The notes under the pieces: generated by a model
What the model saw: the letters and a program-made list of their open reading frames with translations, nothing else
Told to the model about the DNA's origin: nothing
The model's database searches: none
Position numbers and translations under genes: made by a program
Shown: positions 1 to 9,119 of the stretch, piece after piece
How the letters are laid out: each line of letters starts with the position of its first letter
How positions within the stretch are numbered: position 1 is the first letter of the stretch
From: an uncultured Clostridium sp.
Lineage (GTDB): Bacteria > Bacillota > Clostridia > TANB77 > CAG-508
DNA: 37,387 nucleotides
Assembly (NCBI GenBank): GCA_948468685.1
Contig: CAOKJC010000001.1
Coordinates: 1-37,387, forward strand
Direction of reading: 5' to 3'

Positions 1-3000
1 TTCCTGGTACTAATCCTGTAAAACTAAATTCTCCATTATTTCCTGTCATATATTTTGCATCTGTTATTATAACATTTCCAGCTCTATCTAAATTATATAA
101 TTTAGTAGTATTATTTCCATTGCAGTCAATTATTTGTACATCTACATTACTTAATGTCTTCTCTCCATTGTCATATATACCATTTCCTTTTCTTTCTTCT
201 CCAGTTTTTAATTCTGGTCCTAAGTTAGTATAGTCTTCATATACTAATCCTGAAATAACTTTTGAATCTTTTCTTTTAAATTCTAATCCTGGTGCAACAT
301 CTGTGTCATCTTCATATGTATCAAAATTGCCTTTTTGTATATTGTCTGGTGCTGAGTCTTTGTCAATTCCTCCATATCTATTTCCGTTTTTATCCCATGT
401 TGAATATGAACTTATTTCTGTAATGTTGTCATCCATTTTTAATGTTTCGCCATCTTTTAAATTTGCCATTTCTATTATTGTATCTGTATTTAGCTCATAT
501 ACTAAATACACATATATACATTCTGATGGGGCTATATCAGCTTTAACTTCTTCTGATTGCCATACTCCATTACCTGCTAAATTCCAATTTACTGGTACTT
601 GATTTCCATTTCCATCTAAATAATATGAATATGAGTAATTTAATCTACTGTCCGCATAATTTTTTAAGCTTGCTCTTGATATTAAACTTCCACTTTCATT
701 TTTAATTGCTATATTATATTTAACAAATACTCTTAATCTATCATTCCTGTCTTTATTAGCTTTTGTATATGCTATATATGAGTCATATATTTCTCTTGTA
801 TATGAACAATTATATGTTCCATTTCCTCTTTTTACTCCTACTGAGAATCCATCTAATACTGCATCATATCCTGGGTTTATATCTTTATCTGGTATTCCTG
901 TATTGTTCATATATGGTGATCTACTCTTATATTCATATGTATGACTATATGAACCATTTATTGTAAGTTGTATATCCTCTATATCTGTTGCAATTGCTAA
1001 ATCTGGTTGTGATCTTTCAAATATTCCTAAATTTATGTCTTTTACTCTACGTATTCCTGCATTCCATTTAATTTGATATCCTGCTGTTGTAGTATCTGCT
1101 ACCATTAAAGCACTATTTTGAGGATCTACACTTCCCTCTAATGACTGTGCAGTATATCCTGTATTTTGTATTAATTCAGAAGTTCCTAGTATTGGTTTAG
1201 AATATTTTAATTTTACTTCTAGTCCAGTTCTATCTTTTTGAACATTATAGAATTTTTCATTTATACCATTTCTATCTTGTTCCATTTCCATTACTTTTGA
1301 ACCATTTTCTGAATCTAGATTTTTTACTACTTTTTCATATTTTAAACCGTTATATTCAAATTGTACACTATATTGTGATAATTGTTCTATAACAATTTCA
1401 TAATTACTTCCTTTTGCTTCGAATAAATATTCTCCTTGTGCTCCTGTTATTGTTTCTGATATAACTTGTCCATTTTTCTTTAGGAATACTTTCAATCCTT
1501 GTACCTTTTTGTCTTTTGATCCATTAATATATAGATTGTCTCTTACAGTTTCTTTTCCATCTCCAATGTCTTCCCACACATATCCTGTTATATCTACACG
1601 AATTTGTTTATTATCAACTTGTCTCATTGTAACAACTGGTGTAGATGCTCCATTATAATTATTGTCAAGTTTTACTTCATATGGTTCTCTTATATCATAA
1701 TATTGTGCTATTTCATCTGGTAATTTTATTTCTTCAATATAATAATTATAATATTGTGGCAAATTATCTATTTCAAATGCTGAATCTTCTCCTTTTGTTG
1801 TAAATATTTTAGCTCCTGTTACATTTCCTGTTGTAGTTGGTATTATTTCATATTTTTTCTCTCCAGAATCATATTCTTTTAATTCTGCCATATATCTTTT
1901 AGTTGTTTCTCCTGGTAAACTATATGAAATAACAAAGTCTATATTTTGTAATACTAAATCTTCTAATGATGTTTTTCCTGTATCCTTATCTATCTTTTGT
2001 ATTTTTAAATTTCCATACAATCTATTTTTATATTCAACTGTAACTATTCCATTACCAGTTGCAACAGAAGTAATTGGATATGAATTAGGATTTTGTTGTG
2101 ATTCTTGTATAGCTGTTTTATCTTCTTGTACAATAACTTCTTTCTTTATTAGTTGTAATTCAAGATTATAATTACTTGGTGCCTTCGTTTCTGTAATTAC
2201 ATAATTTCCTATTGGTAAGTTATCTATCCTTAATATTCTTGTGTCTGGAATTGTAACATTCATATTTATATATCTTGGGTCAGTTGGATTTAAATTGTTT
2301 GTAATATTAAATTGTGCCCCATCCAATTTTTGCTTTGTATCATAATCTGTTTTCATAAGAATAAGGTGTCCACGTTTTATAACATCTTGTACTACGACTC
2401 TAAAACCTTCAAGATAATTTCCATTATTTGTATCTAAAGTTATTATTCCTGACATATTATACCATGGTTTATATTTGTCTGGTAAATTTACCTCTTCAAT
2501 TCTATATGTTCCCATTGGCATATTGTTTAATATAATATCCCCACTAGAGTTTGTTGTAAATTTCGTTGCATTGTTTTTACTTGATATTAATGTACTAGGC
2601 TTTAATATTCCATTTTCTTTTCCATTATCTCTTGTAAGATATCCATTTCCATCTGCTGTTTGTACATAAATATAAAATTCTACTCCATCCATTGTGGCTT
2701 CTTTTTGGAATACTTTTTTGTTTATTACTATATTAGTAAATTTTCTATTTTTAATAGTTACTGGTGTAGTTCTTCCATTTAACACACTTGCTGTTACTAC
2801 AGTAGTTCCTAATTCATTTTGTAAATTCAAATCATATCCAGATGGTGCTCCTATTTCTGTTACTTTATAATTACCTGGAATCAAATTTTCAAATAAATAT
2901 GTTCCACTTGTCATTGTAACTGTTTTACTATATTCTACATTTATTCCATCTAAACGTATTGTTGCTCCTGATATCATTTGATTTGAATCTGTATCTTTTT

Positions 3001-6000
3001 TTGTAACTTCTATTTTTCCTTTAGGCATATCAACTACCCATTTAAGTTGTTTGCTTACAGTTTTTGTTTCATACCTTGATTCTACTTTTGCTTTAGTATA
3101 TGACTGTGGATGACTTGTTTCATTATTACACTCTGCACAAAGATCATAATACTCTCTAATTGTATCATCTTTAAATTTTGGATCAGATTTTCCACAGGCA
3201 TCATAATGTAAAGCATATACTTTGCTAACACTTTTTGATATTGTATATTGAATATTAGCAGTTACCTGTATACCTTTTAAAACATCGTCCACTAATAAAT
3301 AAAAGTTTTTGCCTTGTAAATTACTTATTTGTTTATTTGTTATTTTATTAGAACTATAATTATTTCCATCATATATTTCATAGTTTATTGTTTTTCCATT
3401 ATTGTCTCTTACTACTAATGTATTATAATTATCTAATTCATATTCTGAGTTTGATGAAGAACTTGTAAAATAAAATGGTCCAATAAATACTTTATCCTCA
3501 ACATATTCATGAGTATTAATATCTATTTCATTTTTACTTGTACTAACTGTTGTTCCTGGTATTTCAAAATCTTTTTCTTTAAATCCCATTTTTATTGCAA
3601 GTGGTCTATTATCATAATCTGGATCTTCTGGATAATAACCTGAAGAATTATATTTCTGCTGCCAGTACTGTCCTCCACCTAAACCATTTACTAAAGATTT
3701 AAAATCATAATATATTTTTGAGGCAGATTGATTAAGTCTATATAAATGATTTGTTGGATTATCACTTTTATAATCTCCACAAGTTTCATGATCTGAAATG
3801 CTTGTACAGGTATACAAATCCTTTAAATAACTTCCTCTACTATTTTGTGCAGTAGCATCATGACCATATGCTAAATTCATATATTTCCAACATGGATTAT
3901 TACCAGCCCATATTGCAATGTATCCTACATCATGTACAGTTATTATTACATAATCGGGTTGCCCCCTATATGATCCGCTACTAACAGTTGTCAATACAAC
4001 CTCTGCTTTTGTGCTTGTTCCTATTGTACAAATTATAGTACTAAACAAAACAAAAACTAACATTTTCTTATTTATTTTTTTACTTATACATAAATATACT
4101 AAAACTATTAAAACTATTAATATTCCAATAATTCTGATTACATTTATTACTACTCCTGTTTTTACAGAAACAATAAATTCTGCCTCTGAATAATCATCTT
4201 CTGCTTTATTTTTATTATTTTCTGTTGAGTCAATATCCTTTAATTTATAAACATTATCTGTATTGCCTATTTCTGCTGAATTTATTATTCTTGCTACTTT
4301 TCCTTTTACTGTTAATACTAAGGTTACTTCTCTACTTTCTCCTGGTTCAATTCTTTTATCTGCTAATTCTTTTGTTACAATGCTTCCATTATTAGTTTTA
4401 TCCCATTTTATATTATTAATTAGTGCATTATATTCTAATCCCTCTGGAATATAGTCAATAATTTCTTTTGCAAATCCACTCACATTACCTTCATTAGTTA
4501 CTACAATTTTATATTTTATATCTATTTCAGTACTATTTATTTGTTTTGCTGGTATCTCAACTTTTGCTAATTTAGAATTATTAAATTCATATATTTTTTC
4601 TTCTTTACTGTTTTTTACTATAACTTCTGAAACATATTTATCTAATTTTAGGTCAAATTTATGTTCAACAGTTAATCCCATATCTATATTGTCATAATTT
4701 TTATTTAATATAATAGTATCTGTTACACCAACATTAAGTATCTTTCCATCTATATTTACTTCTTTTTCTATAGCATCCGAATTCTTTGTTTCACTTACTG
4801 ATTTTTGTTGATATGTAGTTATATCGTACTTGTCTGTATCATACTGAAATAAAACAATATATTTTCCTTCTTTTATGTCTTTAAATTCGTAATATCCATT
4901 TTTGTCTGTTGTTACTTTTTTTATATTATTATCTTTATCAACTACTATTGCTCCTGTTTCTATATCAAATAATTTTACAATAATTCCTGATAGTAATTCT
5001 TCTCTTTCTTCTCTTTGTCCATTTTTATTTTCATCTATCCAAATAACACCACTTATATTATATTTATTTTCAACATTTGGTTTATCAGGTTTGTCAGGAG
5101 TATCAGGATTGTATGGATTATCTGGATTATCAGGATTATCTGGATTGTTTGGATTGTCTGGTTCTTCTGGATTATCTGGATTGTTAGGATTGTCTGGTTC
5201 TTCTGGATAATCTGGTTTGTTTGGATTATCTGGGTTGTCTGGGTTCTCTGGCTGTTCTGGATCTTCTATTTCTTCAAAATTATAATGCAAAAGTTTATTT
5301 TTTATTCCATTTGATGTTCTAGTAAATACATCTTCTCCTACAATTGTTGCTACATTTATAACATCCTTATCCTCATATAATAAATCTACTTCACATTTTA
5401 TTTTGATTTGCATTGTTTTCTGTTCTGGTATAATTATATCTATTTTAAAATCTTCTTGTTGTTCTCCCTCAGCCTCTACTTGTTGGGATATATCTAAATT
5501 TTCAATCCTTTTTTCATATTCTTTTTTATCTTCATTCCAATCATAGTACTCATATTCTGCTGAAACAGGAATTAAACCTTCTGGTAAATCATCTGTTATT
5601 TTTATTAATGCTGGTATTTTTCCTTCATTTTTAACAACAAAATTATATTCAATTTCATCTCCATATTTTAATGTCAGACCTTCTTGTTCACTTGTTTGAA
5701 TAATAGAAATTTTTGCAACTTCAACTTCTTTTACTACAAGATTTGACCTATATGTTTCTTCATTCATATAAGATAAAGCATATAATTCAACATCATAATC
5801 ATATTTGTAATCTTCAAATTTGTTTGCCTCTACAAGTAATTTAATAGATGTGATCTTATTTGCTTCCATTTCATTATATTTTACTGTAACTGTCCCTGTT
5901 TCATTATCATAATCATTCTCATCAAAATATCCTGTTACCGCTAAATATTCTAACTCTTTTCCAATAAAAATTTTAACTGTAACATCTCTTAAAGTTTCAT

Positions 6001-8281
6001 TTGTTAAATTATTAACTTCTAAATAATAATTATAATAATATCCAGACCCATTATTTAAATCTACTGGATTAAAGGCATCTACTCTAATTTTTGCACTTTT
6101 ATATATAAAACTCATCTTTTGTTCATTCACTTTTTGTTCTTCAACAAAAAATTCAAATATATTTTCAATTGTAGTTTCTTCTGTCATTTCTTCAACAAGT
6201 ATATCATATACAACTTCATAAACCTCTCCTGGAGCTAAAAAGTCCCTATTTATTTCACATTGTGAAATATCTTTATTTATATTCCATAATCTATTAGTCT
6301 TATTCCCTGAAATAGTTCCTTCTAAATTTTCGTTAGAAAATCTTTCATTTCTTGTTGCATATACAAGTCCATCAGGAAGTTGATAAATCCCTTTTATATT
6401 ATTTATTACTTCTTCTGTTTCATTTTTCAATTTTACAGAAAATGAAATAGCTTCTCCCTGATATACTATATCATTTTCTTTTAATATATCTTTTCCTACT
6501 TGTGCTTTAACATCTATTGTTAATTTGTTAGTACTCTCAGTCTCATTATTTTCATTGTTCTCTTTATTGTTTTCATCATTTACTACACTCAGATTTTGTT
6601 GAAAATTTAAAACATTTTTAATATTTACATTAATTTGTTTATTTTCATTTCCCTCTACATTATAATCATTTATATTTCCTATTTCATTTGTATATGTATA
6701 TTCAATACTAGTTTCTTCTGAAATACTTTCCTTTTCTATTATAATTGTTGCTGGAATTAATAGTTCTGTACCAGATGTCATTGAATTTTTACAATATTCA
6801 ATTTGTTCTCCGTTCAATTCCACTCTAATAATCTTATAATCATTTTCTTCTACAATTCCAGTTTTCTCTATTTCTAGTCCGTTTGCATATAACAAAGAAG
6901 CTTCTTGTAAAATAACTTTTTCAACTTGCTTTGGTAATTTTATTTCAATACTAGGATTTTTAAATAAATTATTTTTATTATCTGTTGTTACTAAAGTTGC
7001 TTTAAATATAACATCATTTTGTATATTGTTTGTCCAATTAATTGTATCAACAGATAAATCTATTTTTGATACTGCTTCTTTAATTTCTATTATATGATAA
7101 TCTAAACAATTATGTATTCTTTTTCTTTCTACATCTTGCTTAATACATTCAATAGTATTTTGATAATATATCTTATCAATATCAGTATTAATTACATTTG
7201 ATTTTATTTCTCTTTTATTTTGTAATAATATTGTTCCTACATTTAGTGGCTTACTTGTTTTAACTATTATTTTATCTATATCATGATCATATATAAATTC
7301 ATATATGCCATTATCTTCAAATTCTGTATCTTTATTAATATCAGCTAATATGTCTCCATTAATATTTAATATTTGTAAATAACCATCTTCTCCTAATACA
7401 TTTTGTAAATTTTCTTTACTTACTTTTGTTGATTTATATACAATATCATCTACTTCAAAAATATTATCTTTATTATCTAAAAAAACATTTTCAATATTCA
7501 AAAATATTTCATCAGAAATATCTTTTTTGCTTATATTCATTTCAACATTTTCTATAAATTCTGTATTATAATTTGTTCCATTTTCCTTATTAGCCTTTAT
7601 ATAACCATTATATATTTCAGAAGTTTTTATATTTGTAGATACTATTTCTGAAATGTTTTCTGTAACAAAAAAATTTTCTTCAACATCTTTTTTTATTTGA
7701 ATATCATTACTAATGTTTGTTTTTATATTACCTAATATACTTAATTCTCTTTCTTCTCTTTCTTCTTTATAGCAATTTGAACTATAATAGCAAATAATTG
7801 TATATTCGTCTTTAGATTCTTTAATGTTTTGGTTGTAATCACTGATTTCTTCGTTATTTTCTACTATAATTTCTATATTTCCATTTTCTTTATCATATTG
7901 ATATTTAAAGTCTTTTTCAATTTTACTTCCATTTGTTTCATGAGTAGGTAATTCTATAATTTCGACACTTTCTGGATACTCATTTTCTATTTTAGGTAAT
8001 CTTAAAGATGTTTCTGTAGATGTTATTCTGTCATAATCAATCTCTTCTAAATATTCAATTCCACTTTTTAAGTCTAATTGCACTAAAGTTCCTTTTTCTT
8101 CTTCAATACTATAATTAACATATTTTTGTATATTTATTTCATATGCTAAGTTAATTTTATTTTTGTCTATAATTTTGCTTACATCATTAATAGCAATAGA
8201 TACTACCTTTAAAAAAGAACTATTAATAAATAAAACTGCTAATATACAAACTATAATTAAATTTTTTAAAAACGCTTTCAT
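1..8281 (-). CDS. Giant cell-surface adhesin-like protein, partial (runs off left edge; at least 2760 codons open)
   Basis: Absent from the ORF track because no stop lies in the window. Hand translation of the minus strand from ATG 8281 (AGGAGAAAGTTT directly upstream) stays open to position 2, and 8281..2 is divisible by 3. Frame spot-checked at about 7140, 6060, 5400, 4200 and 2700. N-terminus MKAFLKNLIIVCILAVLFINSSF looks like a Sec signal peptide. Recognisable modules: DUF11/CARDB-like (IKYKIVVTNEGNVSGFAKEIIDYIPEGLEY), SdrD-B-like (ISGVIWIDENKNGQREE...DKNGYYEFKDIKEGKYIV; ITGYVWEDIGDGKE...GAQGEYLFE), Cna-B/SpaA-type (GKIEVTKKDTDSNQMISGATIRLDG...GTYLFENLIPGNYKVTEIGAPSGYDL; LPIGNYVITETKAPSNYNL). 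All listed plus-strand ORFs at 303-5314 are antisense shadows. Confidence 0.85.
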   Translation of the reverse strand, partial: MKAFLKNLIIVCILAVLFINSSFLKVVSIAINDVSKIIDKNKINLAYEINIQKYVNYSIEEEKGTLVQLDLKSGIEYLEEIDYDRITSTETSLRLPKIENEYPESVEIIELPTHETNGSKIEKDFKYQYDKENGNIEIIVENNEEISDYNQNIKESKDEYTIICYYSSNCYKEEREERELSILGNIKTNISNDIQIKKDVEENFFVTENISEIVSTNIKTSEIYNGYIKANKENGTNYNTEFIENVEMNISKKDISDEIFLNIENVFLDNKDNIFEVDDIVYKSTKVSKENLQNVLGEDGYLQILNINGDILADINKDTEFEDNGIYEFIYDHDIDKIIVKTSKPLNVGTILLQNKREIKSNVINTDIDKIYYQNTIECIKQDVERKRIHNCLDYHIIEIKEAVSKIDLSVDTINWTNNIQNDVIFKATLVTTDNKNNLFKNPSIEIKLPKQVEKVILQEASLLYANGLEIEKTGIVEENDYKIIRVELNGEQIEYCKNSMTSGTELLIPATIIIEKESISEETSIEYTYTNEIGNINDYNVEGNENKQINVNIKNVLNFQQNLSVVNDENNKENNENNETESTNKLTIDVKAQVGKDILKENDIVYQGEAISFSVKLKNETEEVINNIKGIYQLPDGLVYATRNERFSNENLEGTISGNKTNRLWNINKDISQCEINRDFLAPGEVYEVVYDILVEEMTEETTIENIFEFFVEEQKVNEQKMSFIYKSAKIRVDAFNPVDLNNGSGYYYNYYLEVNNLTNETLRDVTVKIFIGKELEYLAVTGYFDENDYDNETGTVTVKYNEMEANKITSIKLLVEANKFEDYKYDYDVELYALSYMNEETYRSNLVVKEVEVAKISIIQTSEQEGLTLKYGDEIEYNFVVKNEGKIPALIKITDDLPEGLIPVSAEYEYYDWNEDKKEYEKRIENLDISQQVEAEGEQQEDFKIDIIIPEQKTMQIKIKCEVDLLYEDKDVINVATIVGEDVFTRTSNGIKNKLLHYNFEEIEDPEQPENPDNPDNPNKPDYPEEPDNPNNPDNPEEPDNPNNPDNPDNPDNPYNPDTPDKPDKPNVENKYNISGVIWIDENKNGQREEREELLSGIIVKLFDIETGAIVVDKDNNIKKVTTDKNGYYEFKDIKEGKYIVLFQYDTDKYDITTYQQKSVSETKNSDAIEKEVNIDGKILNVGVTDTIILNKNYDNIDMGLTVEHKFDLKLDKYVSEVIVKNSKEEKIYEFNNSKLAKVEIPAKQINSTEIDIKYKIVVTNEGNVSGFAKEIIDYIPEGLEYNALINNIKWDKTNNGSIVTKELADKRIEPGESREVTLVLTVKGKVARIINSAEIGNTDNVYKLKDIDSTENNKNKAEDDYSEAEFIVSVKTGVVINVIRIIGILIVLIVLVYLCISKKINKKMLVFVLFSTIICTIGTSTKAEVVLTTVSSGSYRGQPDYVIITVHDVGYIAIWAGNNPCWKYMNLAYGHDATAQNSRGSYLKDLYTCTSISDHETCGDYKSDNPTNHLYRLNQSASKIYYDFKSLVNGLGGGQYWQQKYNSSGYYPEDPDYDNRPLAIKMGFKEKDFEIPGTTVSTSKNEIDINTHEYVEDKVFIGPFYFTSSSSNSEYELDNYNTLVVRDNNGKTINYEIYDGNNYSSNKITNKQISNLQGKNFYLLVDDVLKGIQVTANIQYTISKSVSKVYALHYDACGKSDPKFKDDTIREYYDLCAECNNETSHPQSYTKAKVESRYETKTVSKQLKWVVDMPKGKIEVTKKDTDSNQMISGATIRLDGINVEYSKTVTMTSGTYLFENLIPGNYKVTEIGAPSGYDLNLQNELGTTVVTASVLNGRTTPVTIKNRKFTNIVINKKVFQKEATMDGVEFYIYVQTADGNGYLTRDNGKENGILKPSTLISSKNNATKFTTNSSGDIILNNMPMGTYRIEEVNLPDKYKPWYNMSGIITLDTNNGNYLEGFRVVVQDVIKRGHLILMKTDYDTKQKLDGAQFNITNNLNPTDPRYINMNVTIPDTRILRIDNLPIGNYVITETKAPSNYNLELQLIKKEVIVQEDKTAIQESQQNPNSYPITSVATGNGIVTVEYKNRLYGNLKIQKIDKDTGKTSLEDLVLQNIDFVISYSLPGETTKRYMAELKEYDSGEKKYEIIPTTTGNVTGAKIFTTKGEDSAFEIDNLPQYYNYYIEEIKLPDEIAQYYDIREPYEVKLDNNYNGASTPVVTMRQVDNKQIRVDITGYVWEDIGDGKETVRDNLYINGSKDKKVQGLKVFLKKNGQVISETITGAQGEYLFEAKGSNYEIVIEQLSQYSVQFEYNGLKYEKVVKNLDSENGSKVMEMEQDRNGINEKFYNVQKDRTGLEVKLKYSKPILGTSELIQNTGYTAQSLEGSVDPQNSALMVADTTTAGYQIKWNAGIRRVKDINLGIFERSQPDLAIATDIEDIQLTINGSYSHTYEYKSRSPYMNNTGIPDKDINPGYDAVLDGFSVGVKRGNGTYNCSYTREIYDSYIAYTKANKDRNDRLRVFVKYNIAIKNESGSLISRASLKNYADSRLNYSYSYYLDGNGNQVPVNWNLAGNGVWQSEEVKADIAPSECIYVYLVYELNTDTIIEMANLKDGETLKMDDNITEISSYSTWDKNGNRYGGIDKDSAPDNIQKGNFDTYEDDTDVAPGLEFKRKDSKVISGLVYEDYTNLGPELKTGEERKGNGIYDNGEKTLSNVDVQIIDCNGNNTTKLYNLDRAGNVIITDAKYMTGNNGEFSFTGLVPG
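4004..4168 (-). other. In-frame internal anchor-like segment followed by a signal-peptide-like segment (predicted central transmembrane hairpin)
   Basis: Translation reads ...AEDDYSEAEFIVSVKTG-VVINVIRIIGILIVLIVLVYLCI-SKKINKK-MLVFVLFSTIICTIGTSTKA-EVV... This is a xxKTG motif, a hydrophobic helix and a basic tail (like a C-terminal sorting/anchor signal), immediately followed by Met (ATG 4063-4061), a hydrophobic stretch and an AxA-like site (like an N-terminal signal peptide). No stop codon and no SD between them (AGTAAAAAAATAAATAAGAAAATG). Confidence 0.6.
5079..5267 (-). repeat. Tandem 9-nt-periodic repeat encoding a Pro-rich PxNPD/PEEPD linker; includes a 36-nt tandem duplication (5133-5168 / 5169-5204, 1 mismatch)
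   Basis: Plus strand reads ggattatct/ggattgttt/ggattgtct/ggttcttct units. Minus-strand translation is PEQPENPDNPDNPNKPDYPEEPDNPNNPDNPEEPDNPNNPDNPDNPDNPYNPDTPDKPDKP. The GLSGLSG and WIIWIV ORFs in the track are antisense frames of this repeat. Confidence 0.8.
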
Positions 8282-8313
8282 AAACTTTCTCCTAATTAAA
8301 TTATCTTACAATA

Positions 8314-8342
8314 ATTTTACATAAATATGATTTCATTTTCAA
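8314..8342 (-). promoter_or_regulatory. Candidate sigma-A promoter of the adhesin gene
   Basis: Minus strand TTGAAA (8342-8337), 17 nt spacer, TAAAAT (8319-8314), about 30 nt upstream of the ATG. Confidence 0.35.
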
Positions 8343-8635
8343 GTCCTCTATTTTTTTATTACATTAACCATTTGCAAATATATTAGGGAAGCTCTTTTTT
8401 TTACATTTAACATTCTTATATTAAATTTATATTACAATTATTTTACAATCAAATAGAAGATATTTTTTGACTAATTTGTATTACAATTATTCATATATAT
8501 TTCATTTCTTTCGCCATATTTCCTGTCCTTTTCTTTCATTCCAAATACTGTTGTTTTATTTTCAAATGTTATTTGTGAAGAAATATTATTATTTAAAATA
8601 CATTACTACATATTTTAAGGGATTTTGAATTTATC

Positions 8636-8686
8636 ATCCAAAAAAATAAACCTAAATTATTAAATATTTGTCCAATAATTTAGGTT
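8636..8686 (-). terminator. Rho-independent terminator after the Spo0E-like gene
   Basis: 13-bp stem AACCTAAATTATT (8649-8661) / AATAATTTAGGTT (8674-8686), followed on the minus strand by a T-run (plus-strand A-run 8636-8647). Confidence 0.55.
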
Positions 8687-8711
8687 CACACTATAATTTA
8701 TACTTATTATC

Positions 8712-8882
8712 TCACTTATTATTTTTCTCTTTACACTTAACTTCGTTTTTAGCCTTTCCATAATACTTAGCAATTAATTCATCTAATTCAATACTCAATT
8801 TATAAGTTATACTATAATCATCATTTTTTTCTATACTTTTATTTAATTTATCTCTCAACTTACAAATTTCTTCATTTAACAT
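8712..8882 (-). CDS. Spo0E-family sporulation regulatory aspartyl-phosphate phosphatase-like protein (56 aa, below the track cutoff)
   Basis: ATG 8882 preceded by AAAAAAGGAGAGATTAAT; stop TGA 8714-8712. Translation MLNEEICKLRDKLNKSIEKNDDYSITYKLSIELDELIAKYYGKAKNEVKCKEKNNK matches the Spo0E-like pattern (I..LR..L...., S.ELD.LI..YY). Confidence 0.7.
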   Translation of the reverse strand: MLNEEICKLRDKLNKSIEKNDDYSITYKLSIELDELIAKYYGKAKNEVKCKEKNNK

Positions 8883-9119
8883 ATTAATCTCTCCTTTTTT
8901 GTTTTTTCTCTTCTGTATAAATATAAATTAGCATATAATTTCCCCTTAGTCAAGTATTTTCAACGGTTTTTAGCAACTTTCGTATGACTGTATTTTTCAA
9001 ATTTCGACATATAAAATTATAAAAAAACAGCATAAAATATTTTTCAATTTTTATACAGTTTTTTTAACAACATTCTTAACTATAAAAAACACATTTCTAA
9101 TACTTAAAAATAACATTAT

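Noticed and set aside
3600-4003. Thioester (TED) adhesin domain at the start of the second adhesin module (IAIW and several Cys residues)
   Set aside because: The Cys-containing and TQxA(I/V)W-like motifs are not present in the canonical form or order (no Gln partner seen). The call cannot be supported by eye.
303-5314. Seven plus-strand ORFs of 60-102 aa in the track, including the GLSGLSG... and WIIWIVW... repeat peptides at 4902-5314
   Set aside because: All lie antisense to the continuous minus-strand adhesin reading frame. They have low-complexity hydrophobic composition and no SD. The repeat peptides are simply alternative frames of the Pro-rich linker repeat.
8471-8539. 22-aa minus-strand micro-ORF MKEKDRKYGERNEIYMNNCNTN in the adhesin upstream region
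   Set aside because: No SD, no conservation evidence available, and the length is compatible with chance.
8283-8711. Riboswitch (for example c-di-GMP class I/II, common upstream of clostridial adhesins) in the 430-nt region upstream of the adhesin gene
   Set aside because: I could not find the conserved GEMM-type core sequences or any convincing multi-stem structure. Only a twice-occurring TATTACAATTATT word (8429-8442, 8479-8491) was seen, which is weak evidence in such AT-rich DNA. A covariance-model scan would be needed to exclude it formally.
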